A DNA stretch of 64,000 nucleotides, taken from positions 3,077 through 67,076 of the forward strand of contig JAGMCT010000002.1 in assembly GCA_023129075.1 (NCBI GenBank). The letters run 5' to 3'. Each line of letters begins with the position of its first letter. The stretch's first letter is position 1. The position numbers were made by a program, and so were the translations under genes. Below the pieces are notes generated by a model. That model was not told the DNA's origin, ran no database searches, and saw nothing but the letters and a program-made list of their open reading frames with translations. Source of the stretch: Candidatus Micrarchaeota archaeon (lineage in GTDB: Archaea; Micrarchaeota; Micrarchaeia; Anstonellales; Bilamarchaeaceae). Shown here piece by piece: positions 8,059 to 17,329 of the stretch.

Positions 8059-9153
8059 CTAAAAACCAATCATCAATCTTATTGAATCCCAGAATTCCCA
8101 GACAAGGAAAAGAAACAGCATAAATAAAACAATTCCAGAGAACAAATGAAGTCCTCTTATGTGCTTTTCCTTGTATTTCTGAACCTCTGTTACAGTCGTT
8201 TTGTTCATGTAAATAAGTAATGTTATAGCAACCATAGGAAGAATAAACACTGCATTATAAAGAGCAAGATAAAGATATCCTTCTACGCTTCCTTCAGCAA
8301 TCATCGCTAGGACCATCAGGTAAGGCCCTGAAGAACATGGAATTAGGAACAGGGAACAGAACATAGCAGCTACAAAAACCCCAGGATGGGTGGTTGCGTT
8401 CTCTATAAAGGCCTTTGCATGCGGTCTAAGGAATCCTGGCATCTCAACGGCCCAGAACCCGGGTTTATAATAGAAATATGCATTTATTTCCATTGCAGCG
8501 AGTACAAGAGCCCCGACAGTTACAACCCCAAGAAAGACCTCTCTTATTCCTGTGTTCTCTATTATGTTCAGAATTCCGATTCCCATCAGAAAATACATTG
8601 CATAAATAGTCAAAAAGAAAATAGTCCCGGAGATGAGCATCTCCTTTCTTCCCTTGGCTACTAATACAACAGCCAAGAGCATGGCCATAACAGCTATGGT
8701 GCATGGATTTACCGAGTCCACAAGAGCAGCTCCAAATAGAGTGGGAAGGGTTAATGCGCTCGGTCCTGTCCTTGTCAGTTCCATTTCAATAAGACTGTTT
8801 TCAGTATATATTCCCTCAGGACATCCATTTATTATACATTCTTTAAATACAAATCTCCAGGTTTTTTCTTCCATTTCTCCAATCACAAATGTTGTATTTT
8901 CAACGATAATGGTCGGGACTCCGCCTCTATTTATATCAGCCCCGAATTTATAATAAGCCTTTATGAATTCTTCTCTTTTTTCTTTGTCGGTGTATACATT
9001 ATAAGCATTTATCTCCAAAGGATATTCCTCGCTTAATTCTCCAAATGTTTCCAGTGTTCTCTTGCAGTGCGGACATCCTTCCCCATAATAAAAATCTATC
9101 TCGATAGCATTCAGCAATAAGAATAAAGAGAATAAAAATACTAATTTTTTCAT
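8059..9153 (-). CDS. membrane thiol:disulfide oxidoreductase (thioredoxin-like domain fused to a CcdA/DsbD transmembrane domain)
   Basis: A signal peptide is followed by CxxC (GCPHCK). The multi-TM domain carries the two conserved Cys of CcdA/DsbD ('VNPCTIAV' and 'LIPCSSGPY'). Confidence 0.7.
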   Translation of the reverse strand: MKKLVFLFSLFLLLNAIEIDFYYGEGCPHCKRTLETFGELSEEYPLEINAYNVYTDKEKREEFIKAYYKFGADINRGGVPTIIVENTTFVIGEMEEKTWRFVFKECIINGCPEGIYTENSLIEMELTRTGPSALTLPTLFGAALVDSVNPCTIAVMAMLLAVVLVAKGRKEMLISGTIFFLTIYAMYFLMGIGILNIIENTGIREVFLGVVTVGALVLAAMEINAYFYYKPGFWAVEMPGFLRPHAKAFIENATTHPGVFVAAMFCSLFLIPCSSGPYLMVLAMIAEGSVEGYLYLALYNAVFILPMVAITLLIYMNKTTVTEVQKYKEKHIRGLHLFSGIVLFMLFLFLVWEFWDSIRLMIGF

Positions 9154-9190
9154 AGGTTAGAATAAAGTAGAAATATTAATAAGTTTATGC

Positions 9191-9931
9191 TTAAACCCCA
9201 ATGGTTTCTCCGTCCTTGGCAAATCGTATTCCTTCTTTTTCCTCTATCTTCTCCAGATTCACTTTTTCATATTCATATCCAAGATGAGTAATGATTCCTT
9301 TTTTTGCTTTGCTTTCTTTTATGAGCGTTATAGCTTCCTGTGTATGCATATGCCCCTTGTAGATATTGATTTTGGGTTTTATGGAATTAACAATAAGTAA
9401 ATCACAGCCAGCATAAGCTCCTTCAATTCCCTGGTAATACTCAGTATCACTCGTATATCCTATCCTTTTTCCATCCATCTCAAGCACAAAACCAAAAGTA
9501 GTGCTTTCATCGTGCACAGCCTTCTTTATATGAAAAACAGCCTTGCCCAAATCCACACTCCCGCCTGGTTCTCCTATGATTACTTTTTCAGGCAAACTCC
9601 CATGAAAAGTATCCAGAATACGGTTCCCTTTTTCATCCCCATCCACAGAATATTTGCTCCCTATAAAAAACCCTCTTTTCTTGAAACCGTATCCGGTCAT
9701 TCCTTCTATAAGTGCGCATGCATCGTTTGAATGGTCCAGATGATAATGTGTTACAACAATCCCGTCAATTTTTGAAGGTTTGATTCCCATCTCTTTTCCA
9801 TACACTAACGCTCCAGGTCCGGGGTCTACCCATATTTTAAGGCTCCCTTCAATAACAAATCCCCCTGTCCTTTTTTTCTGCTCTACGAGATTAATCCTTC
9901 CCCCTCCAGTTCCTACAAATCTTATTTTCAT
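9191..9931 (-). CDS. metallo-beta-lactamase-fold hydrolase
   Basis: HxHxDH motif 'THYHLDHSND' and an N-terminal glycine-rich stretch typical of the MBL fold. Confidence 0.7.
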   Translation of the reverse strand: MKIRFVGTGGGRINLVEQKKRTGGFVIEGSLKIWVDPGPGALVYGKEMGIKPSKIDGIVVTHYHLDHSNDACALIEGMTGYGFKKRGFFIGSKYSVDGDEKGNRILDTFHGSLPEKVIIGEPGGSVDLGKAVFHIKKAVHDESTTFGFVLEMDGKRIGYTSDTEYYQGIEGAYAGCDLLIVNSIKPKINIYKGHMHTQEAITLIKESKAKKGIITHLGYEYEKVNLEKIEEKEGIRFAKDGETIGV

Positions 9932-9940
9932 ATCATCCCC

Positions 9941-10471
9941 CTATCCATAGATTATTACGTTTGCCCATGATGTATTGGTGCTGTAGCCCAAGGCAACCTG
10001 TAAAACCTTCACCCTGAAACCCTGTCCTTCAGGTGAAACCCAATAGATGTCTTCTCCTTTGCAGATTATCGCTTTATCTATTACCGTCCCATTAGTATAA
10101 ATGAACTCAAAAACAGCGCATTCGGCATCAATGGTAACACTCAGCAGGTCCAGAGCATACCCCCTATCTCCAAAAACGAGCAGACCTTCCCTGTAATCCT
10201 CTTCTATGTTTTCATTTTCAGTGATGTTTATACCTAAGTCCACTTCTCCATTGACAGTGATGTTTGCACTAACATTTGTAAGGACTTCTTCTTCATACTC
10301 TGCACCGGTCATATTCTGAATGGTTTTGTTTTCAACAGGTTGTTCTGTTTTGTTGTCCGCATAAACAGAATCTTCATCACTTGTTCCTGTTAAGTTCTTT
10401 CCTGTTTCCTCAAGAGGAATAACACAACCTGAAAAAGCCAAAACAAATACAGCAACCATCAAGAATCTCAT
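9941..10471 (-). CDS. lipoprotein, hypothetical
   Basis: Signal peptide with lipobox (VLAFSGC). Acidic, with N-glycosylation sequons. Confidence 0.45.
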   Translation of the reverse strand: MRFLMVAVFVLAFSGCVIPLEETGKNLTGTSDEDSVYADNKTEQPVENKTIQNMTGAEYEEEVLTNVSANITVNGEVDLGINITENENIEEDYREGLLVFGDRGYALDLLSVTIDAECAVFEFIYTNGTVIDKAIICKGEDIYWVSPEGQGFRVKVLQVALGYSTNTSWANVIIYG

Positions 10472-10532
10472 TACGGTTTTCTCTCATGTATGTTTTATTA
10501 ATTTACGTGTTTATTTTTTACCTGATGATTCA

Positions 10533-11168
10533 ATGGTTGAGAAATTATTCAGAGAAAAACCATACCTGGAAGAAACAGAGGCAAAGGTAACCTCAGTAAA
10601 TGGAAATAGAATTACCTTAGATAAAACAATCTTCTTTGCATTTACTGGTGGGCAGGCTTCTGACAGCGGAATAATAGGAGGAATACCTGTTGCAGAAGCA
10701 AAAGCACAGGAAAAAGAGATATTCTACACCCTGGAAAAGGAACAGGATTTTAAAGAAGGAGATATCGTAAAGATAAAAATAGATGCAGAAAAACGAAGCA
10801 GGATAAGGAGACTGCATTCAGCAGCCCATATCGTTTATATGATTTTTACAGATAAAACAGGAATAAAAAAACTAATCGGCTCAAACGTTGATGAAAAAAA
10901 ATCAAGGGTTGACTATGAGTATCCAGAGTCCATCTCTCCAATGCTTATTGAAATAGAGGAAAAGGTAAACGAATTCCTTGCAAGGGGCTATGAGATAAAG
11001 ACATATCCAAGCAAGGAAAACCCTGATAGGTGGGTTTGGGAGTGCAATGGGGTGAAAATGCCCTGCGGAGGAACTCATGTAAGAAACACATTTGAAATAG
11101 GAAAGATAAGATTAAAGAGAAAGAATATAGGGGCAGGAAAAGAAAGAATAGAAATTATGCTTGTTTAA
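10533..11168 (+). CDS. alaX: alanyl-tRNA editing protein AlaX (AlaRS second-additional-domain family)
   Basis: HxxxH ('HSAAHIVY') and CxxxH ('CGGTHV') zinc motifs of the AlaX/ThrRS editing domain. The N-terminal 'FTGGQASDSG' resembles the AlaRS editing core. Confidence 0.75.
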   Translation: MVEKLFREKPYLEETEAKVTSVNGNRITLDKTIFFAFTGGQASDSGIIGGIPVAEAKAQEKEIFYTLEKEQDFKEGDIVKIKIDAEKRSRIRRLHSAAHIVYMIFTDKTGIKKLIGSNVDEKKSRVDYEYPESISPMLIEIEEKVNEFLARGYEIKTYPSKENPDRWVWECNGVKMPCGGTHVRNTFEIGKIRLKRKNIGAGKERIEIMLV

Positions 11169-11246
11169 ACGGAATACTGAAGGTAATGTAACTATAGTTA
11201 CATATACCCTTTTAAACCCCATTTCTCATATAAAATTGGTGGAAAT

Positions 11247-11648
11247 ATGGGACTTCTAATCTCCCCTCATGAAGAAGAAAAGTTATTCAAGAAACTGCTT
11301 GCCTACAATAAGAAACTTTATCCAAAAGCAAAATTCAAAAGAATTGAAAAATCCCTTAATAAAAAACAAATAGGTGAAGTATATTATACTTATCCTGGAG
11401 AGGAATCCGAACTAACTTCAAAAGAAAAGATGGCCGAAATCCGCGGTGCAATAGAATATGGATATAACACCCCCATTATTCTCCTTAAAAAAGGCACAAA
11501 ATACATCCTTCTTGACGGCCATAGAAGATTGAAGGTTGCATGGAAAAAAGGAATAAAATGGAGCGCCCTCATCCTTGAGGTTTCAGGAGTAAAGGAAAAA
11601 TTAGGCATAGAAGGAATGATAATGGGAAAGATAAAGGATCTTTTTTAA
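11247..11648 (+). CDS. ParB/sulfiredoxin-like nuclease domain protein
   Basis: 'ILLDGHRRL' matches the ParB/Srx DGHHR motif. 133-aa stand-alone domain. Confidence 0.5.
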   Translation: MGLLISPHEEEKLFKKLLAYNKKLYPKAKFKRIEKSLNKKQIGEVYYTYPGEESELTSKEKMAEIRGAIEYGYNTPIILLKKGTKYILLDGHRRLKVAWKKGIKWSALILEVSGVKEKLGIEGMIMGKIKDLF

Positions 11649-11687
11649 TCCTCCTCTTTTTTAAGATTTTTCTTCTTTATACTGTTT

Positions 11688-11900
11688 ATGATAAAAATCA
11701 ACCACGAAAAATGTGTTTTATGTATAGGATGCGCCTCAGTGTGCCCCTTCGGTGCAATAGAGTTGCAGGGTACAAGAATGAAAGTAAATCCAGAAAAATG
11801 CAAGAACTGCGGTATGTGCATACGCGTTTGTCCTGCCGATGCAATTAGTTATGCTGAAGAAGAGAAAACTAAAAAAGAGAAAGCAGAGGCAAAAGAATGA
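11688..11900 (+). CDS. 2x[4Fe-4S] ferredoxin
   Basis: Two CxxCxxCxxxCP motifs (CVLCIGCASVCP; CKNCGMCIRVCP). Its stop overlaps the start of the downstream reductase. Confidence 0.85.
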   Translation: MIKINHEKCVLCIGCASVCPFGAIELQGTRMKVNPEKCKNCGMCIRVCPADAISYAEEEKTKKEKAEAKE

Positions 11901-13105
11901 AATACGATGTTATAGTTATCGGAGCAGGGCCGGCAGGCACAACATTTGCACGAATTACTGCAGAAAAAGGCATGAATGTTCTTGTTCTTGATAAAAGAAA
12001 GGAATTAGGGGAGCCTGTGAGATGCGCTGAAGGCCTCGGAAGAAGGGAGGTTGATATCCAAGGGCTCATTCTCCCTAAAGAGGTAATTTCAACAGATATT
12101 AAAGGGTCAAGGATAGTCAGTCCTTCAGGCCATGAACTAATCTGGGAAGACGAGGAAGCTACTGGCTGGGTTCTTGAAAGAAAGATGTTTGACAGATGGC
12201 TTGCTGAATTAGCTGTTGAAAAAGGAGCGCGCATAAGAACCTACACACGTGTTCTTGACCTCATAAAAGAAAATGGAAAAATAAAAGGTGTTATTGCTTC
12301 TCACCAAGGAGAAGAATCATATGAAATTGAAGCAGACTTAGTTGTTTCTGCAGAAGGAATGGAATCTATTATTGCAAGAAAGGCAGGTTTCAAAACTTTT
12401 TCCGCTTTAAGTGAAGTTGACACTTGCTACCAATACGAGATGCAGCCCTATAACCATAGAAATCTTATAGAATTATATCTCGGGAATGAAATTGCAAAGA
12501 GAGGATATGTGTGGGTATTCCCAAAAGGAAAAAATAAGGCAAATGTAGGCATAGGAATAGGGGGCCACCTAACAAATGCAGTGAAAGGAGGCTCTCTTAA
12601 AGGTGCAGACCCGAAAATCCTTCTTGATAAGTTCATAAAACAAAGCCCTGAACTCAAGGATTCCAGCACCCTGCAGGATTTCGGCGGAGTGATCTCCGTA
12701 GGCGCCCCAATAGACGAATTTGTTGCTGATAACTTTATGGTTATAGGAACTGCAGCAAGACAGGTTGACCCAATCCATGGAGGAGGTATAGCCCGTTCAA
12801 TGGAGGCAGCAAGGATTGCAGCCGGGGTTGCCGCAGAAGCAAAGAAAAAGAATGATTATTCAAAGAAGACCCTTTCAGAATATGAAAAAATCTGGAGAAA
12901 AGGCCCTGGAAAAATTCTGGAAAAACGCCTTTTATTTAGAAAGGTCCTTGAAAAATTTAGCGATGCTGACCTTGATTATATAATAAAAAATATTACTCAG
13001 GAAGATCTCAAGGATGTGATGGCTGGAAACTTCTTCAGACCAGTTATGAAATTACTGAAAGGCAATCCCGGCCTGCTTAAGGTTCTTGGTGCGCTTATTT
13101 CCTGA
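11897..13105 (+). CDS. geranylgeranyl reductase (digeranylgeranylglycerophospholipid reductase family, FAD-dependent)
   Basis: FAD-binding GxGxxG 'VIVIGAGPAGTT', ~400 aa, and overall GGR-like sequence. A ferredoxin partner gene lies immediately upstream. Confidence 0.8.
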   Translation: MKYDVIVIGAGPAGTTFARITAEKGMNVLVLDKRKELGEPVRCAEGLGRREVDIQGLILPKEVISTDIKGSRIVSPSGHELIWEDEEATGWVLERKMFDRWLAELAVEKGARIRTYTRVLDLIKENGKIKGVIASHQGEESYEIEADLVVSAEGMESIIARKAGFKTFSALSEVDTCYQYEMQPYNHRNLIELYLGNEIAKRGYVWVFPKGKNKANVGIGIGGHLTNAVKGGSLKGADPKILLDKFIKQSPELKDSSTLQDFGGVISVGAPIDEFVADNFMVIGTAARQVDPIHGGGIARSMEAARIAAGVAAEAKKKNDYSKKTLSEYEKIWRKGPGKILEKRLLFRKVLEKFSDADLDYIIKNITQEDLKDVMAGNFFRPVMKLLKGNPGLLKVLGALIS

Positions 13106-13444
13106 AAGTATTGTAAGTCCGTAGAGATATGCCTTCCATTTCAACCTATCATAAAGAGGGTCATAGAACCATCTGACCTTTATCCTGCCTCCCTTAGCTC
13201 TTTTTTTCTCCCGGTTATAATACATCCGTTTAAGCTCGTTCCTTCCAGAACTATTACTCTCCAAATATTTAATCCTGTTCTGCTCTGGACTATTCTGAGG
13301 CACCATCTTCCCCTGTCCAGCGTTGCCAATATCTCCTGCTGTTGTTATCCCAGCAGTCTGAAGAGCTTTTTTGAATGGTCCAATATTTTTTCTGCTTTTT
13401 TTAGAAGCTGGAAGTTCCTTAATTTTACAAGCAGATGGATTCAT
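13052..13444 (-). CDS. basic hypothetical protein or decayed paralog of the secreted-protein family (uncertain)
   Basis: Its N-terminus, 'GPFKKALQTAGITTAG', matches the 'FKKALL' leader of the 16159 and 17330 proteins. It fills an otherwise 400-nt intergenic gap. It overlaps the 3' end of the GGR gene by 54 nt. Confidence 0.25.
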   Translation of the reverse strand: MNPSACKIKELPASKKSRKNIGPFKKALQTAGITTAGDIGNAGQGKMVPQNSPEQNRIKYLESNSSGRNELKRMYYNREKKRAKGGRIKVRWFYDPLYDRLKWKAYLYGLTILSGNKRTKNLKQAGIAFQ

Positions 13445-13502
13445 AATTCAACTTTCTTAGGAAACTTTTAAAAATGTTCCCAATTGTCCTACACACATAC
13501 GT

Positions 13503-14819
13503 TTATTGTCGAACTTTCTCCAGACAAAGTAAGAACTCATTCAGATTCTCTTTTGGAAAGGTCGCACCCGCAGCTATCTGGTGGCCTCCGCCGATACCCC
13601 TGTATTTTTCAGAGCATCCTCTCAGCACCCCACCAAGGTTAAGTCCTTTTTCAATCAAACCAACAGTTCCCCTTCCGGATATTTTGATTCGTCCATCTTC
13701 TGAATCAGCAATTCCAAATACAGGTTTTCCAAGACCTCCGAGCATACCGCACACGATTCCTATTATTCCCTCATCAATTTTTTCTCTCCCATCAAGAAAA
13801 TAAAATGGACCAAAATCATTCAATGAAGTCCGTGCATATTTTATCCCTTCTCTTATCATCCTTTTATGATGCAAAAGAAGTTCCTCTGCCCTTTCTTTTG
13901 CTCCTTTTTCCCCGAGGCAGAATCCCACCCCCACATCTGCCTTTCCGTGCCTTCCGCACGCATTCAGCATTGTTGAAAATTCAGAGGCATCCATAGGATA
14001 CTTTATTACTTCCGAGGGCATTAGAAGGTATGTTTCGCCCACAAGCTTGCTTGCCAGTCTTTCTTTTCCTTTTGCCATTAACACTTCCACAAGTGCAGAC
14101 ACCAGTTTCCTTTTCTCTGCACTATTTAATTCCGAGTAGGTTCTTGCTCTCCCATCCTTTTCGGTTTCAATCCCTATCTCTTTAAGCAAGAGCACCACAT
14201 TATCCTCATTAAACGAAAGTGAAGGAATGTACGGGGCATCTGAAAAAACAATAAACTGCACAAGAGGCCTTGAATATCTCCCATAAAGCACTAAGTCCTT
14301 TTCAACTCTTATCTTTCCCTCTTCTTCTGCCCTTTCCAAAAGAAGCCTGTTCAATCCTTTGAAAGGAAACTGCATATCTCCTATAGCCCCTATAATCGCA
14401 AGGTCTATCCTTTCTTTAAATACAGCATAAGCAGCCCCTGAAGAACTCAGTTCCCTGCCACCATCTATTCCAAAAAGAAGAGGATTCAGCTGTGGTTTTT
14501 CTATTCCTTCAGTCTGATGATGGTCTATTATTACAACATCCCCAAGCTCATTCACCATTTTATTTCCTGCACCCAGGTCCACCAGTATTATCTCCTTTTC
14601 TTTTCTAAGTTCTTCTACTGCCCTCTCATCCAGGGTTTTCACCACTTTCATTCTGTGCGGAATTCCCCTCTTCCTTAATGCTGTTTTCACTATTGCTCCG
14701 GAGGTAATCCCATCCGTATCATGATGGTGCACAACAAGAGGATTTTTCATGGAAAGGGCTATTTTTTTTATCTCTAATGCCCTTTGAAAAAAAGAAGAAA
14801 ATTCGGATGGAACATCCAC
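13503..14819 (-). CDS. DHH-DHHA1 phosphoesterase (archaeal RecJ/GAN-like or NrnA-like nuclease)
   Basis: DHH motif 'VVHHHDTDGITSG', 'IIDHH', and the DHHA1 'GGGHQIAAGATF' motif. 438 aa. Confidence 0.7.
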   Translation of the reverse strand: MDVPSEFSSFFQRALEIKKIALSMKNPLVVHHHDTDGITSGAIVKTALRKRGIPHRMKVVKTLDERAVEELRKEKEIILVDLGAGNKMVNELGDVVIIDHHQTEGIEKPQLNPLLFGIDGGRELSSSGAAYAVFKERIDLAIIGAIGDMQFPFKGLNRLLLERAEEEGKIRVEKDLVLYGRYSRPLVQFIVFSDAPYIPSLSFNEDNVVLLLKEIGIETEKDGRARTYSELNSAEKRKLVSALVEVLMAKGKERLASKLVGETYLLMPSEVIKYPMDASEFSTMLNACGRHGKADVGVGFCLGEKGAKERAEELLLHHKRMIREGIKYARTSLNDFGPFYFLDGREKIDEGIIGIVCGMLGGLGKPVFGIADSEDGRIKISGRGTVGLIEKGLNLGGVLRGCSEKYRGIGGGHQIAAGATFPKENLNEFLLCLEKVRQ

Positions 14820-14820
14820 C

Positions 14821-15798
14821 CTAATCCCCTATTCCTTCTCCTGTAACCCTAAACACAATCTCTCCTTCAGGCATGCTTGGGCTGTCCACAAGCCTTGCAA
14901 TCCTTTTTTCTCCCTTGCTCTTCCTCAGGTAAATCCGGTATGTTGCAGCATGCGCCAGCACATGTCCCCCTATCGGAGTTGTAGGGTCCCCGAACAGTAT
15001 CCCAGGATTATCCATCACTTGATTAGTTATATATATCGCAAGGTTGTGCCTATCAGCATATCTCTGCAAAAGGTGCACATGCTTATTCAGTTTCTGCTGT
15101 CTCTCTCCAAGAGCCCCTCTCCCTATATAGTCCGCCCTGAACTGTGAGGTCATTGAATCCACAACAATAAGCCTGATATTTTTTTCTTTTATGAATTTCT
15201 CTGCCTTCTCCAGCGATAATACCTGGTGGTCTGAGTTTTCCGCCTTTGCAACATGTATCCTCTTAAGCACTTCCTCAGAATCCAGCCCTGCTGCCTCAGC
15301 TATTGAAGCAACCCTCTCGGGCCTGAACGTACTCTCTGTATCTATAAAGAGCACTTCTCCACCAAGCCCCCCTTTATCCTCAGGAAGCTGTGCATTCACA
15401 GAAAGCTGAAAACCAACCTGTGTTTTTCCAGAAGAAAATTTACCGAAACATTCGGTTATTGATTGTGTTTCCACCCCCCCTCCAATAAGAGAGTCCAGTT
15501 CCTCTGAACCTGTCGTTATCCTTTTTATCATCTTTCTCCTCTCAAGTATCTCATAAGCAGTCTCAAACTTTCCTGCCTTTGCCGATTCTTTTGATGCTTC
15601 TATTGCTTTTTTTGCTGTTTCAACACCAATGTCTGCAATCTCTGCAAGCTCGTGCGGGTTTGCCACTGCCATCTGGTCCAGTTCCAGATACCCTGCCTTC
15701 CTTAGTTTCTCTGCTGTTGCCTCTCCTATCCCCGGCAGGTCCTCAAGCTCTCTTATAGTCTTGCGTTTTTTTTCACTCATTAACTCCACCTTTATCAT
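14821..15798 (-). CDS. radA: DNA repair and recombination protein RadA
   Basis: N-terminal HhH domain (LEDLPGIGEATAEKL). Walker A 'GKFSSGKTQ'. RecA-fold core, 325 aa. Confidence 0.9.
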   Translation of the reverse strand: MIKVELMSEKKRKTIRELEDLPGIGEATAEKLRKAGYLELDQMAVANPHELAEIADIGVETAKKAIEASKESAKAGKFETAYEILERRKMIKRITTGSEELDSLIGGGVETQSITECFGKFSSGKTQVGFQLSVNAQLPEDKGGLGGEVLFIDTESTFRPERVASIAEAAGLDSEEVLKRIHVAKAENSDHQVLSLEKAEKFIKEKNIRLIVVDSMTSQFRADYIGRGALGERQQKLNKHVHLLQRYADRHNLAIYITNQVMDNPGILFGDPTTPIGGHVLAHAATYRIYLRKSKGEKRIARLVDSPSMPEGEIVFRVTGEGIGD

Positions 15799-16042
15799 TT
15801 GGGAAAACCAATAATCTTAGTTTACCTATCCTAAGCATGTAGAATTCATTTCCGTTCTTGCTTACATTCTTCCACATCCCCCCTATATTTGTATAAATCG
15901 CATTTCCATTCTGGTCTGTTCCGGGCTGAACTATCCTGAAATCCGGCTTTGCCCCCTTTCCTGCTTCTGCATTACTCTCTGGACTCTGTTTTTCTTCATT
16001 TCCCACATCTATCTCTTCAAACTCCTCTATATTTTCCTTCAT
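15773..16042 (-). CDS. small hypothetical protein upstream of radA
   Basis: 89 aa, acidic N-terminus then a beta-rich segment. It overlaps the radA start by 26 nt, so the two are probably co-transcribed. Confidence 0.3.
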   Translation of the reverse strand: MKENIEEFEEIDVGNEEKQSPESNAEAGKGAKPDFRIVQPGTDQNGNAIYTNIGGMWKNVSKNGNEFYMLRIGKLRLLVFPNDKGGVNE

Positions 16043-16158
16043 TTTTTCACCCTATAGTATTCCTATAATATACAAGAATACTAATATATAGGTATTCCTA
16101 TGGCCTTTTAAATAAAAGGAGACACCTCATTTCCGGTGTTTCCGGTATCAAAAAATTT

Positions 16159-16995
16159 CTATTCAATACTTACACTTCTTATTACAACTGTTTTAGTATA
16201 CTCATCTATTTCCTCTATATCAGCATCTATCTCAACACCCAGCATAATTTTCTCTTCATTGATTGTTAATTCTACATCATATCCATCTGCAAGATATACA
16301 GTTTCAGTAGCCACTCCAATCATAACCTGTAGTGTGTCCTCATCTCCCTCAGTAGGAACTACCATTGAATTATAAGCTATAATCTTAATCCCATCCAGGC
16401 TCTCTGTTATCCCCCACATAAAACATTCCTGTTCAATCTTATCCCCTTTTTCATTCGTAATCTCTGCAATAAACATTGAACCATGTACAGATACTATTTT
16501 TATTTCGTATTTCCCTTTTGAAGTGTCAAATGTTTCTGTTTCTTTCCAGAGTATCCCTTTAGCTTCCGTAGTATCTGTAAGCTTCATAATCAGGTTTCCG
16601 TTTTTCTTCTCAAGATAAATCTCACTTATTTTCATCTCCTTCCCAAAAAATTTAATGTCAATATCCACAGCATTCGGAAATCCTGTTTCAAGCTCTAGTT
16701 CAATCGGCGGTTGAAATTCATGTTTTTCGCTTTCTATCCAGCCCTTTCCATCTCCGACACAAATCTCCTTTTCAAGCTTATCTTTTACCTCTTCCCTTTC
16801 TCCGTTAATATTCTCGCCGTATTCTGTTTTGTTCTGCCTGAGATTTTCTGTTTCCTGGTGGCATTCAACATCCCCGCAACTCCCAAGACTTAATGCTCCA
16901 GCCACAAGTAGTGTTCCTGTAAGAAGAGCCTTTTTGAATGGATTAATTCTCTTCCTGCCTTTTTCTTTTTGTTTTTTTCTTATTATTCTTTTCAT
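16159..16995 (-). CDS. secreted or lipid-anchored protein, hypothetical (FKKALL-leader family)
   Basis: A basic N-terminus and 'RINPFKKALLTGTLLVAGALSLGSCGD' (signal plus lipobox-like GSCG), followed by an acidic, beta-rich body. Confidence 0.5.
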   Translation of the reverse strand: MKRIIRKKQKEKGRKRINPFKKALLTGTLLVAGALSLGSCGDVECHQETENLRQNKTEYGENINGEREEVKDKLEKEICVGDGKGWIESEKHEFQPPIELELETGFPNAVDIDIKFFGKEMKISEIYLEKKNGNLIMKLTDTTEAKGILWKETETFDTSKGKYEIKIVSVHGSMFIAEITNEKGDKIEQECFMWGITESLDGIKIIAYNSMVVPTEGDEDTLQVMIGVATETVYLADGYDVELTINEEKIMLGVEIDADIEEIDEYTKTVVIRSVSIE

Positions 16996-16997
16996 GA

Positions 16998-17015
16998 GCC
17001 CACATATTATTATTG
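16998..17015 (-). promoter_or_regulatory. conserved upstream motif TAATAATATGTGGG (copy 1), directly 5' of the 16159..16995 start
   Basis: The same 14-mer recurs at 19136-19152, upstream of the 17330..19186 gene start region. Confidence 0.25.
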
Positions 17016-17090
17016 TTTATAACAGTTTTTAAACCTATCGGCAGAAAGCCCTTTGCGAAAGCTGATGATAGTTCACATTCTTTCCTCTCC

Positions 17091-17262
17091 CAACCATAGG
17101 TTTTTTATTCTTTGTGCCGACTTTTCTTTATGCGAGTAAAATTCTGCCTTATGGCATTCATGCTTTTTTTGGGTTTAGTAACTGCAGCTGATATTGAATT
17201 CAAATGGCTTCCTGCTTCACCAACCATTGATGGTGTTTATGATTCAGGAGCAGAAGAAAGCG
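17091..17262 (+). repeat. direct repeat copy A (~172 bp, ~97% identical to 19180..19350)
   Basis: A by-eye alignment shows about 6 mismatches over 172 nt. It covers the upstream region and the first 44 codons of the 19219 gene. Confidence 0.85.
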
Positions 17263-17279
17263 CACAAACCCAGACTTAG
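17130..17279 (+). pseudogene. truncated duplicate (49 codons) of the 5' end of the 19219..21213 surface-protein gene
   Basis: It encodes MRVKFCLMAFMLFLGLVTAADIEFKWLPASPTIDGVYDSGAEES, identical to the N-terminus of the 19219 product. After the repeat boundary it reads AQTQT*. Confidence 0.6.
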
Positions 17280-17329
17280 ATATCTCCTCTCTTTAGATGT
17301 AATACCATAATAAAAGAATTATGCAAGGA

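Noticed and set aside
13474-13996. Plus-strand ORFs 13474..13803 and 13805..13996
   Set aside because: They are antisense to the DHH phosphoesterase gene and are Pro/Ser-rich artefacts.
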